DNA of 64,000 nucleotides, from NCBI GenBank assembly GCA_007376395.1, contig VMGE01000007.1, positions 8,037 to 72,036 on the forward strand, given 5' to 3'. Positions 26,364 through 34,730 of this stretch are shown in pieces. A program made the position numbers and the translations under genes. The DNA comes from Microgenomates group bacterium Gr01-1014_5. Lineage in GTDB: Bacteria; Patescibacteriota; Microgenomatia; UBA8517; UBA10165. Within the stretch, counting starts at the first letter, position 1. Each line of letters opens with the position of its first letter. Under the pieces are notes generated by a model, which saw nothing but the letters and a program-made list of their open reading frames with translations, did not search any database and was not told the origin of the DNA.

Positions 26364-26724
26364 TATTTACCTACTCTACCTTGTCAAATTTTTCTCAAAA
26401 TATCAAGTGCTTATTTTCCAGCTTCGCAAGTGCCTTACAACACGTAAGGAAATAAACTAAAAAACCAGAATTGAATTGGTCATATGTAGTTTTAAGTCCG
26501 GTAAAAATAAGATTATTTAACGCACCAATATCTTCTAAATGAGTTGTCTTTTATAATTCAAATTCATATCTATTAAAATGATTTTATATGCCTGTATAAA
26601 GCATTAAACGCCACCTGTTGCATGAATGGATATAAAATTTACTCGGGGGGAGTAAAATTGAACAAGCGGGTAAAAAATACAAAATAAGAAGTCAAACTGA
26701 TAATTAAGAATTAATGAAATTTGC

Positions 26725-27546
26725 CTATCGGTTGTTAAATTTCCAAAAAAGTACTTGGCACGGAAAAACGACAACTGCGGTCAAAATCCTGCCCAGTCTG
26801 GCTGGTTGAGTAATTAATCTCCAGAGCCACTCAAAACCGAGTTCGCTAAAAGCCCTGGGAGGCAGGGGTAAAATTCCGGCAGTATAGTCAATCATCCCTC
26901 CAACAACCATTGCCGCTGAAACATTGATTTTTCCAAGGTGTCGCGCTAACCATTTTTCTTGTTTTGGAGCGCCGAAGCCAACTAACAGCAAATCTGGCTT
27001 AAAATCATTAATACTTCTAACAACTTCTTTTTCAATTTGCTCCTGAACCTCGTCGACCGGTTTACCGTCCATACTTAGTCGAGGACCTTCTATTCCCATA
27101 ATTCGTAATTCATGATTCATGCTTCTGTTTTTAAGATTTTTAACCGCAAGTTCAGCCGCCCCTGGCGCCCCACCCAAGAGAAATACCTTTTTATTGTGTT
27201 TTGAGCACAATTTAACTAATTCCTCGGCGAATAGACGACCAGGGATGCGAACCATCATGCTATTAGGGTGCAAAACCCAGGCTGCAGCCACGATCCCTAT
27301 TCCGTCAGGCACGGCCAAGTCGGCACTATTAAGGATATATGCCAGCTCATGGTCAGATTGTGCCCTTGACACAATCTCTGGGTTTGGTGTTACAATTAGG
27401 CTCGGCACAGCCTCGCGTTCGGTAGAAATAAGACTCCAGGCACGATTTAGCACTTCCCCTCTCAGACCGCTATCTATGCCTATACCCAAAACCGGAACGA
27501 TATTTCGAGCAGTATTGCTTATAGAGTTTTTGTTTATTTTTGTCAT
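26725..27546 (-). CDS. WecB/TagA/CpsF-family glycosyltransferase
   Basis: VFLLGGAPGAAELA...GFGAPKQEKWLARH matches the TagA/WecG family. Confidence 0.75.
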   Translation of the reverse strand: MTKINKNSISNTARNIVPVLGIGIDSGLRGEVLNRAWSLISTEREAVPSLIVTPNPEIVSRAQSDHELAYILNSADLAVPDGIGIVAAAWVLHPNSMMVRIPGRLFAEELVKLCSKHNKKVFLLGGAPGAAELAVKNLKNRSMNHELRIMGIEGPRLSMDGKPVDEVQEQIEKEVVRSINDFKPDLLLVGFGAPKQEKWLARHLGKINVSAAMVVGGMIDYTAGILPLPPRAFSELGFEWLWRLITQPARLGRILTAVVVFPCQVLFWKFNNR

Positions 27547-27888
27547 ATTTTCTTGCGAACTTAAGTTTCTTGCTATTATTTTCTCACATAACCTATAACC
27601 ATGTAAATACCAACTTATAATATTGCGCTTTAACGGCTCTTTAATAACTTATTTTACCCTTATAAGGTTATTCTTAATTATTAGCTGGCACTCCCCTATT
27701 TGATTTACCTATTTTACTACAAGTTGATTGGTGGTGCCCATTATTTTCACCCTTAACTAGCTTCTGTACACAGATTATCCCCAAAATTTTAAGCCTCAAT
27801 TAAACCTGGAAACTATATCGTGTCCACAATTTATTTGCTAAAAATACACTGTATACTATCGATGGCGAACAAAAGGCGAAAATCTATT

Positions 27889-29097
27889 TTACACAACAAG
27901 TTTTTGTATAATTTTTAATGTGTTATAAGCTGTATTGCGCCATGACATATTCTTTGCGTTTTCAACACCTTTCTTAACTAAAACACCGACAAAGGTTTTA
28001 TCCTCTAAAACCCGGTTAATCGCGCGGGTAATTTCAAAAGTGTTAAGGGGATTAATAAAAATTGCCGCGTCTCCAGCAACTTCTCTTAAGGCACCCTTGT
28101 CCGAGCAAACGACAGGTACGCCTGCGGCTTGTGCCTCGAGCACGGGAAGACCAAAACCCTCAGTTAAAGACGGCAATACAAACGCCTGAGCGCCTTTGTA
28201 GAGCCCAGGAAGGTCTGGTTCGTCAATTCTACCGGTGAAAACAACCTTGTCTTTTATTCCAAAGCGAAATGGCGCCTGCATGATTTCATCGTATAACCAA
28301 CCTGCCTTACCGGCAATTACCAATTTTCCATTATGTTTTACCTTTGAATAAGCCTCTATCAAACGAACAAGGTTTTTTCTAGGCTGTAAAGTCCCGACAA
28401 ACAGTATATAGTTTTCGCCGGTATGGTATTTGTCGCTTAACTGTTTACGGTTTAGGGGCACGTTGTGATATTTTTCGAATTCAACACCCTCGTGTACTAC
28501 TTCAATACTATTGCGATGTATATTGTATGTATTAAGTACTTCTTTGAGTGTGTCGTTTGAGACCGCGATTAGATGGTTAGCAAACCTCACCGACCAACTG
28601 ATAGACCAATTGCGGTGAATATGAGATAAAAAGCTACCAGCTTGCGGTAAATATTTTCCCTCCAGTCCATGGATTGTAACCAATATTGGCATTTGCGGTA
28701 ATAATTTAACCTTAGACCCTATACCAAAAACCGCTCTTGTTATTAATGGCAATGTATGTGCGGGAATAAATAAAATACCAGGTGGGTCTGTTAAAGTCTC
28801 CCACGCTAATCCCAGCTGTGTCCAAAAGCGACCAGGATAGATTGTCTTTGTCTTGAAATTTTGCGGCAATGGGAAGTTTGGCCTTTGTTTTGGTCTTAAA
28901 TAGAGCACATAGCGGTTTTTATGGTCAATTTCGGCTAAATTCTTTATTAAATGCCAACTGTAGTACTCAGGACCAGCAGGGTCTTTTACAAAAGCACGAC
29001 TAGCGTCAACACCGATAGTAAACCGCCTTTTTGGCGAAATTTTCAATTTTAAATTTTCAATTTTCAATGTAGTAGACGCTCTTAAATTATTAGGCAT
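27889..29097 (-). CDS. GT4-family glycosyltransferase
   Basis: C-terminal E.FG..VLEA.A.G.PVV motif (TEGFGLPVLEAQAAGVPVVCS). Confidence 0.8.
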   Translation of the reverse strand: MPNNLRASTTLKIENLKLKISPKRRFTIGVDASRAFVKDPAGPEYYSWHLIKNLAEIDHKNRYVLYLRPKQRPNFPLPQNFKTKTIYPGRFWTQLGLAWETLTDPPGILFIPAHTLPLITRAVFGIGSKVKLLPQMPILVTIHGLEGKYLPQAGSFLSHIHRNWSISWSVRFANHLIAVSNDTLKEVLNTYNIHRNSIEVVHEGVEFEKYHNVPLNRKQLSDKYHTGENYILFVGTLQPRKNLVRLIEAYSKVKHNGKLVIAGKAGWLYDEIMQAPFRFGIKDKVVFTGRIDEPDLPGLYKGAQAFVLPSLTEGFGLPVLEAQAAGVPVVCSDKGALREVAGDAAIFINPLNTFEITRAINRVLEDKTFVGVLVKKGVENAKNMSWRNTAYNTLKIIQKLVV

Positions 29098-29105
29098 TTA
29101 AAAAA

Positions 29106-29951
29106 TTATCTCTTTATAATCGAACGCTTATACAAATCAAGATTTTCCAAAGCTATTCCTGTCCCCCGGACAACACAAAGAAGCGGATCTTCTGCTAAGT
29201 GCGCAGGGACTCCTGTTTCTTCAGTAATTAACCGGTCAAAATTGCGCAAAAGGCTTGTTCCTCCAGACATAGTGATTCCACGCTCAATAATGTCGGACGC
29301 CAGCTCAGGCGGAGTATCTTCCAAAACTCCTTTAACAGCGCCAATAATAGAAAGGAGGGTTTGCTTAATCGCCTCTGTAATCTCAGACGAAGTTAAAACT
29401 ATGGTTCTGGGTAAGCCCAATACCTGGTCACGGCCTGATACCTCCATCGTTTCCTCTTTAGCAAGATGAATTGCTGATCCTATTTTAATCTTTATGGCTT
29501 CTGCTGTTTGATCACCGATAATCAAATTATGCTTCCTGCGCATGTGATTGGCTATTGCCTCATCGATTAAGTAGGCGGCCCGGGCTCCAGCCGACAAAGT
29601 CGCGTCCAATACAGCCCTACGTTCTACTTGGGTACAGCCGGCAGGCACGCAAATCATAACCTCAGGCTTGAAAAAAGCAATCCTGGGAGCAACTTTGGAG
29701 ATAAAATAACGCAGCATTGCTTCTGTCACCTGGTAATCTGCAATCACCCCTTCGCGCATAGGACGCATAGCTACAAGGTTTTCCGGGGTACGGCCAATCA
29801 TGCGTTTAGCCTCGTTGCCCACTGCCACAACCCGGTTTTCTTCAGTGATAGCAACAACTGTCGGCTCGTTAGCGACAATTCCCTCGCCAGCAACCCAGAC
29901 AAGGGTGTTTGCCGTACCTAAATCTATAGCGATACGTTGGGATAGCAGCAT
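29106..29951 (-). CDS. mreB: MreB-like actin homolog with ~55-aa internal deletion removing the phosphate-2 (DxGGGTT) segment
   Basis: N-terminal IDLGTANT and C-terminal halves align to MreB. The sequence jumps from ...GARAAYLIDE directly to AIANHMRRKHN..., which corresponds to DEAIINYVRRNYG in E. coli MreB. 281 aa against ~340. Confidence 0.7.
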   Translation of the reverse strand: MLLSQRIAIDLGTANTLVWVAGEGIVANEPTVVAITEENRVVAVGNEAKRMIGRTPENLVAMRPMREGVIADYQVTEAMLRYFISKVAPRIAFFKPEVMICVPAGCTQVERRAVLDATLSAGARAAYLIDEAIANHMRRKHNLIIGDQTAEAIKIKIGSAIHLAKEETMEVSGRDQVLGLPRTIVLTSSEITEAIKQTLLSIIGAVKGVLEDTPPELASDIIERGITMSGGTSLLRNFDRLITEETGVPAHLAEDPLLCVVRGTGIALENLDLYKRSIIKR

Positions 29952-30184
29952 TTTATATTAATAGAACCAAAAAACGTTAAACGGTTACGAAACGCGTATC
30001 GTTTAGCGGTTACTGCAAAGCAGTAAGTTTCTTACGCCTTTCCTTACCGATACTAGCCTCGTTACCGAATAACGACTTACTATACTATGGTTTGATATCT
30101 TTAGTACTATTACTGAGACAAAAGTTGGGGCAGATTACTTAAAGAGTATAAACTCATTTAACTCGAATTTGCAACTCTCTTTAA

Positions 30185-31324
30185 TTGATTTTGAACCCAA
30201 AATTCTATCCTAAAAATTGCAAGCTTGACACTAAAAATCTTGGTCTTAAACCAACAGGATTATTGGTCGCGACTTCTTCTCCGGACGGCGCCCAAATATT
30301 GATTAATACTATTCTTGAATCAGCCACAAACGCCACGCTCTCCCTACCCCCTGACAGCTATGATGTAGAAATTAAGAAAGAGGGCTTTTTAACCTGGCGC
30401 AAGCGTTTAACTATTAAAAAAGAAGAAGTAACTAAGGTCGATGCCGCCCTTTTCCCTGCAGCCCCTTCGCTTTCTGCGCTTACTTTTGGAGGTGCAATTA
30501 TGCCTGTAACCTCTCCTGACGGAACGCGGATTGTTTTCGGCGTGCCAAAATCAGCCGACAACACCAAACTCGGGCTTTGGGTTATGGATCTTGGTAATTT
30601 ACCAATCGGCTTTTCGTCAGATCCCAGACAAATCACGAACCTCTCCCCTGAAACCTCTTCCTGGAGCTGGTCACCTGATTCGCGGCAGGTCCTAGTTACA
30701 ACGCAAGCCGCAGGCGGCACATATCTTCTTCCGGCAGGATCTTACACTGCAGACCGGGATTTGGTAAATATCCGCGGGGCCCGGCTTGAGAAAGTACTTG
30801 CCCAGTGGCAGGTAGAAAAGACAAACCGCCGGGAAGATGACCTTGATCTCTTACCGAGCGAAATGCGGGATTTTCTAGAAAGAAAGGCCCAAGATTTCGT
30901 TTTTTCTCCCGATGAAAACAAAGTCCTTTATATTGCATCTGCCTCTGCAAGCTTGAAAGAAGAGCTTAGATCTCAAATTCCGGGCTCTTCTACGCAAAAA
31001 CAAGAACGTGGTATCAAACAATCACAAACCTATGTATACGATATAAAAGAAGATCGTAATTTTTACATTACTGACCAGAAAGTAATTTTAAATTCTGCGC
31101 TGAGCACAATAGGCTGGTTCCTGACAGAAAATATCGTACTCGCCGAACAAAATAATGTAACTATCATGGACTACGATGGAACTAACAGACAGGTTGTTTG
31201 GTCAGGCCCTTATATTGCTCCTTACGCAATTCCTGCACCTAACGGCCAGCGATTATTCTTACTTACTCCTCTTGGGGCAGGTAGTCCAAGCTTCGCAAAC
31301 ATTTATGCGTTGGGTTTGAAGTAA
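30185..31324 (+). CDS. PEGA-domain plus beta-propeller (TolB-like) repeat protein
   Basis: PDGAQILINTILESATNATLSLPPDSYDVEIKKEGF is PEGA-like. SPDGTRIVFG and SPDSRQVLV repeats. The true start may be internal. Confidence 0.45.
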   Translation: MILNPKFYPKNCKLDTKNLGLKPTGLLVATSSPDGAQILINTILESATNATLSLPPDSYDVEIKKEGFLTWRKRLTIKKEEVTKVDAALFPAAPSLSALTFGGAIMPVTSPDGTRIVFGVPKSADNTKLGLWVMDLGNLPIGFSSDPRQITNLSPETSSWSWSPDSRQVLVTTQAAGGTYLLPAGSYTADRDLVNIRGARLEKVLAQWQVEKTNRREDDLDLLPSEMRDFLERKAQDFVFSPDENKVLYIASASASLKEELRSQIPGSSTQKQERGIKQSQTYVYDIKEDRNFYITDQKVILNSALSTIGWFLTENIVLAEQNNVTIMDYDGTNRQVVWSGPYIAPYAIPAPNGQRLFLLTPLGAGSPSFANIYALGLK

Positions 31325-31343
31325 TTGCTACAATTAGAATGGT

Positions 31344-31928
31344 ATGGATAGTTGGGATGGTAAGAACAATCCAAAGAAAGCAGGATATGAATATCTTCTA
31401 GCCTACAAGATTACTATCCCTATTTACGATTACACTGTAAGCTTTTGCAAAAAATACCGCGGATTACTTTCCTCGCATCGAACTTATGATCAAATGGTTC
31501 AAGCCGGAAGATCTGGCTCAAACAACATTCCAGAAGGAAATAAACAGGCAAGTCTAGAGGGCTATATTAAATTAACAGGGGTAAATCTTGCTTCTTTAGA
31601 AGAACTCTTAAAAGATTATTTAGCTTTTTCTCGACAAAACAAAACTCCAATTTGGGGAAAAGAAGAAACAGTAAGGAATGTAAGGGAGGTTGGGTTGGTG
31701 TGGGAAGTAATTCGAAAAACTTCAACCCTCCCCGACTCCCCTAACTTCCCCGACCTTCCCGATAATCTTGCCAAAGCTGTTAACTTAATGATTACACTTG
31801 TTAACCAAGCTATTTATTTGCAAAAAAGGCTCAGGGAGTCTTTAGAAAAGAAATTTGTCGAACAAGGTGGATTTCGGGAAAACCTTTTTAAGAGACGGTT
31901 AGACTACAGAAGAAAGAATGGTTGTTAA
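31344..31928 (+). CDS. four-helix-bundle protein (Avd / 23S rRNA intervening-sequence protein family), paralog of 61370-61930
   Basis: Shares NIKLTGV and EGGFRENLF.RRL with 61370-61930. MVQAGRSGSNNIPEG resembles the family core. Confidence 0.5.
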   Translation: MDSWDGKNNPKKAGYEYLLAYKITIPIYDYTVSFCKKYRGLLSSHRTYDQMVQAGRSGSNNIPEGNKQASLEGYIKLTGVNLASLEELLKDYLAFSRQNKTPIWGKEETVRNVREVGLVWEVIRKTSTLPDSPNFPDLPDNLAKAVNLMITLVNQAIYLQKRLRESLEKKFVEQGGFRENLFKRRLDYRRKNGC

Positions 31929-31955
31929 GCTCGGTTGTGGTAAAATAGAACTCAA

Positions 31956-32027
31956 GCTCCCATAGTTCAACGGATAGAACAGTCCCGTCCTAAGGGATAG
32001 ATCCGGGTTCAATTCCTGGTGGGAGCA
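31956..32027 (+). tRNA. tRNA-Arg (anticodon CCU)
   Basis: Acceptor GCTCCCA/TGGGAGC, D-arm GTTC/GAAC, anticodon stem GTCCC/GGGAT with loop GTCCTAA, T-arm CCGGG-TTCAATT-CCTGG. Confidence 0.7.
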
Positions 32028-32097
32028 CCCTTTGACTGGCTCAGGGTAAACACGGGGTGTAGTGAATCGGTATCACGCCGTTCGCCCCGTAAAATTT

Positions 32098-32169
32098 CGG
32101 AGAGTGGTGCAACGGCGGCACGCCGCGTTCGGGACGCGGAGGTAGAGGGTTCGAGTCCCTCCTCTCCGA
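32098..32169 (+). tRNA. tRNA-Pro (anticodon CGG)
   Basis: Acceptor CGGAGAG/CTCTCCG, D-arm GTGC/GCAC, anticodon stem CCGCG/CGCGG with loop TTCGGGA, T-arm GAGGG-TTCGAGT-CCCTC. Confidence 0.8.
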
Positions 32170-32327
32170 CTGAAATTAACGGGGTAAAGGACGAAGGGTT
32201 CAATGGCGCTCTTCGCCATATACAATAATGTTCACTTTAGAGCGAAGTAAGCCATATGAATCTGCGATTCATATTCCCAGCACCCCGACTTTGACTTCAG
32301 AGAGTGCCTGGAATATAATTACCACAA

Positions 32328-32852
32328 ATGGCAATTGCAGAATTTGCAAGATTACATTTACCCTCTCGAATGGTAATTGGTTTTCTGGAAACTGATATCA
32401 GCGATCACCTAAAAAGAGACGAGTCTCGTCATTCTGAAGCCGAAAGTCGGGCAAGGCAAAATCTAGCTGTTTGGGGCGCCAAGCTTGTCAAAGAAGGTGT
32501 TATGTCAGAAGGACCGGTGACCATAGACGCAGTTAGTCTAGGTCGACATAGAGAAGGATATATGGAAATAGCAACTACAGGCAGTGAAAGACCACTCTAT
32601 GGCGCGTTCAAAGCAAGAAGAGTCGTAGTTATGCATACCTCAGGCAGGTTGTTTAAAATAGATAGGGTTTTTAATGGTAACGATCTAAATAAGAGTGCTT
32701 TGTTCTTTCAGTTCGTTGATCGTCCTAAAGAGTTGACAGGAGAAAACTACATCCGTGCAGCTTACTATGCCTACGAAGCAATTAATCGCGCGCTTGAGAA
32801 AAGGCCGTTTACTTCTCCCCAAATATCTCTTCCTCGCGGAACCACAGTTTAA
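32328..32852 (+). CDS. hypothetical protein
   Basis: 174-aa ORF. Its 3' end overlaps the frameshifted ndk tail on the opposite strand. Confidence 0.35.
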   Translation: MAIAEFARLHLPSRMVIGFLETDISDHLKRDESRHSEAESRARQNLAVWGAKLVKEGVMSEGPVTIDAVSLGRHREGYMEIATTGSERPLYGAFKARRVVVMHTSGRLFKIDRVFNGNDLNKSALFFQFVDRPKELTGENYIRAAYYAYEAINRALEKRPFTSPQISLPRGTTV

Positions 32853-33359
32853 TTTCAAACTCCGCCTCTTCGGCAGTGCCTGAGGAGTGAACCATATTGT
32901 AAACTGCGCGTTTGTTAAGAGCGGATAGACCCGGAGAATCATAATGATAATCTCCTCTTATGGTCCCTGGAGGAGCGTCAAGTGGATAGGTCGGCCCGAC
33001 ATGTTTTCTGACGAGTTCTACCGCATGGGGTCCTGATAAAACAACGGCTAAAACGGCCCTTCTTTTAAATAATCAAATAACCAGCCTTGGATTTTCTGTC
33101 CAATCTCTACCGGGTCTGAGGTGCCCAAATCCTCGTTAGGATCCTTGCCATTCTCCTCCCAAAATTTAATTGTGGACTCCCCCACTTTGCGGAACCACGC
33201 CTCGTCTTTGTTATAGTGCTTTTCGAGAAGCACGTCATTAACTCTTAACATTTTGGCTCCAACAATCTGCAAACCAATTCGCTCAAAGCGCGTTAGGATT
33301 GCTCCAACAAGACCGCGTCTTACTCCGTCGGGTTTAACTACAAGAAGTGTTTTTTCCAT
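32809..33359 (-). pseudogene. ndk: nucleoside diphosphate kinase, reading frame broken at a TTTT run (~33051-33057)
   Basis: N-terminal frame [22 protein letters not shown]...HY...LKEGP then a stop. The adjacent frame continues [37 protein letters not shown]...HSS, matching the NDK C-terminal half. Confidence 0.65.
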
Positions 33360-33362
33360 AAA

Positions 33363-34724
33363 TTACAGTTTTAAGAGCTTTTGGAATTTTACAGTATCAA
33401 CAAAAGGTCCGACAACCGCCAAATTAAGCTTTGGAGTGGTAAAAAAGCCATTGGCAAGACTGTGAACGTCGCTCATCGTGACAGCGTCAATTCCAGCCAT
33501 AACCTGCTCGACTGTGCGCACTTCTTCCTCAAAAAGCTCCTGGTCGCCAAAGAATTCTGAGACAGAATGGGTGTCTTCTAATCCCAAAGCCAGTCTGCCT
33601 TTCAAATATTCCTTAGCTTTTGTAAGCTCCCGGTCTTTGACCTTACCGGGCGTGGAAATTTTGTTAAATTGCGCCAGTATTACCTCTATGGCCTCCTCAA
33701 CACTATCTAATTTAACCCCCGCCCTCGCGGCTATATACCCTGTATCTTTGTAATGGTCGATGTCGCAGCGAACATAATATGCAAGCCCTCTTTTCTCACG
33801 GATCTCATTCCAAAGCCAGGAAGACATTCCCCCACCGAGAATTGAAGCTAAAACTGCCTCTTTATAGCGGTCAGGGTGCCCCAAACGGTTGCCGCGCACA
33901 CCAAGCACAATATGTGCCTGCTCGGTTTTTTTATTTACCATTCTAATCTCGGGCTTTTTGGAAGGGTTCAACTTGGAAATGCGAGGTGAGAAGTGTGAAA
34001 CTGGATTCGCTTCGCTCTGACGTGCGAGGTGAGATTTCCCACTTCCCATTTCATTATCCAGCTTCCCATTTCTCACGTCCAACTTCGATCTACCAAGTTT
34101 CCCAAAATACTTTTGAGCCAGCTTAAGTACCTCGCTCTGGTCAAATTTACCCGCAACCGACAAAACCATGTTTTCTGGCTGGTAATAATCAGCGATAAAG
34201 CCTTCAAAATCTTTTTTCTCCATTGTGCGGATGGTTTCAGGGGTTCCGGCAACATCCCAACCGAGAGACGTCTTGTCAAATAAGAGCTCTTCAAAAAGAT
34301 AAGGGGCTTTATACATCGGCAAGTCCTCGTACATAGCAATTTCCTCTATAATTACCCCTTTTTCCTTCTCGATCTCACGTTCTTTTAATATCGGTGCCGA
34401 AATAAATTGCGATAATATATCAAACGCTAAAGAAAGATATCGTTCCCACGCTTTAATATAATATCCCGTGCGCTCTTTCCCGGTTGAAGCATTAATCTCT
34501 CCGCCTATCCCGTCAACTGCGGCTGAAATTACTGCAGAAGTAGGATATTTTTTTGTCCCCTTAAAAACCATGTGCTCCAAAAAGTGAGCCAGGCCTTGTT
34601 TTTTAACATTTTCATCACGGGAGCCTGAACCAATCAAAATTTGCACCGTTGCCGATTCCATGGCAGACATGGGAGCGGTAACTACGCGGAGACCATTATT
34701 AAGAGTGTGTTTTTGAAAATCCAT
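33363..34724 (-). CDS. M16-family (pitrilysin/insulinase-like) zinc peptidase
   Basis: Inverzincin HxxEH motif (GLAHFLEHMVFKGT); 453 aa. Confidence 0.8.
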   Translation of the reverse strand: MDFQKHTLNNGLRVVTAPMSAMESATVQILIGSGSRDENVKKQGLAHFLEHMVFKGTKKYPTSAVISAAVDGIGGEINASTGKERTGYYIKAWERYLSLAFDILSQFISAPILKEREIEKEKGVIIEEIAMYEDLPMYKAPYLFEELLFDKTSLGWDVAGTPETIRTMEKKDFEGFIADYYQPENMVLSVAGKFDQSEVLKLAQKYFGKLGRSKLDVRNGKLDNEMGSGKSHLARQSEANPVSHFSPRISKLNPSKKPEIRMVNKKTEQAHIVLGVRGNRLGHPDRYKEAVLASILGGGMSSWLWNEIREKRGLAYYVRCDIDHYKDTGYIAARAGVKLDSVEEAIEVILAQFNKISTPGKVKDRELTKAKEYLKGRLALGLEDTHSVSEFFGDQELFEEEVRTVEQVMAGIDAVTMSDVHSLANGFFTTPKLNLAVVGPFVDTVKFQKLLKL

Positions 34725-34730
34725 TAAGGT

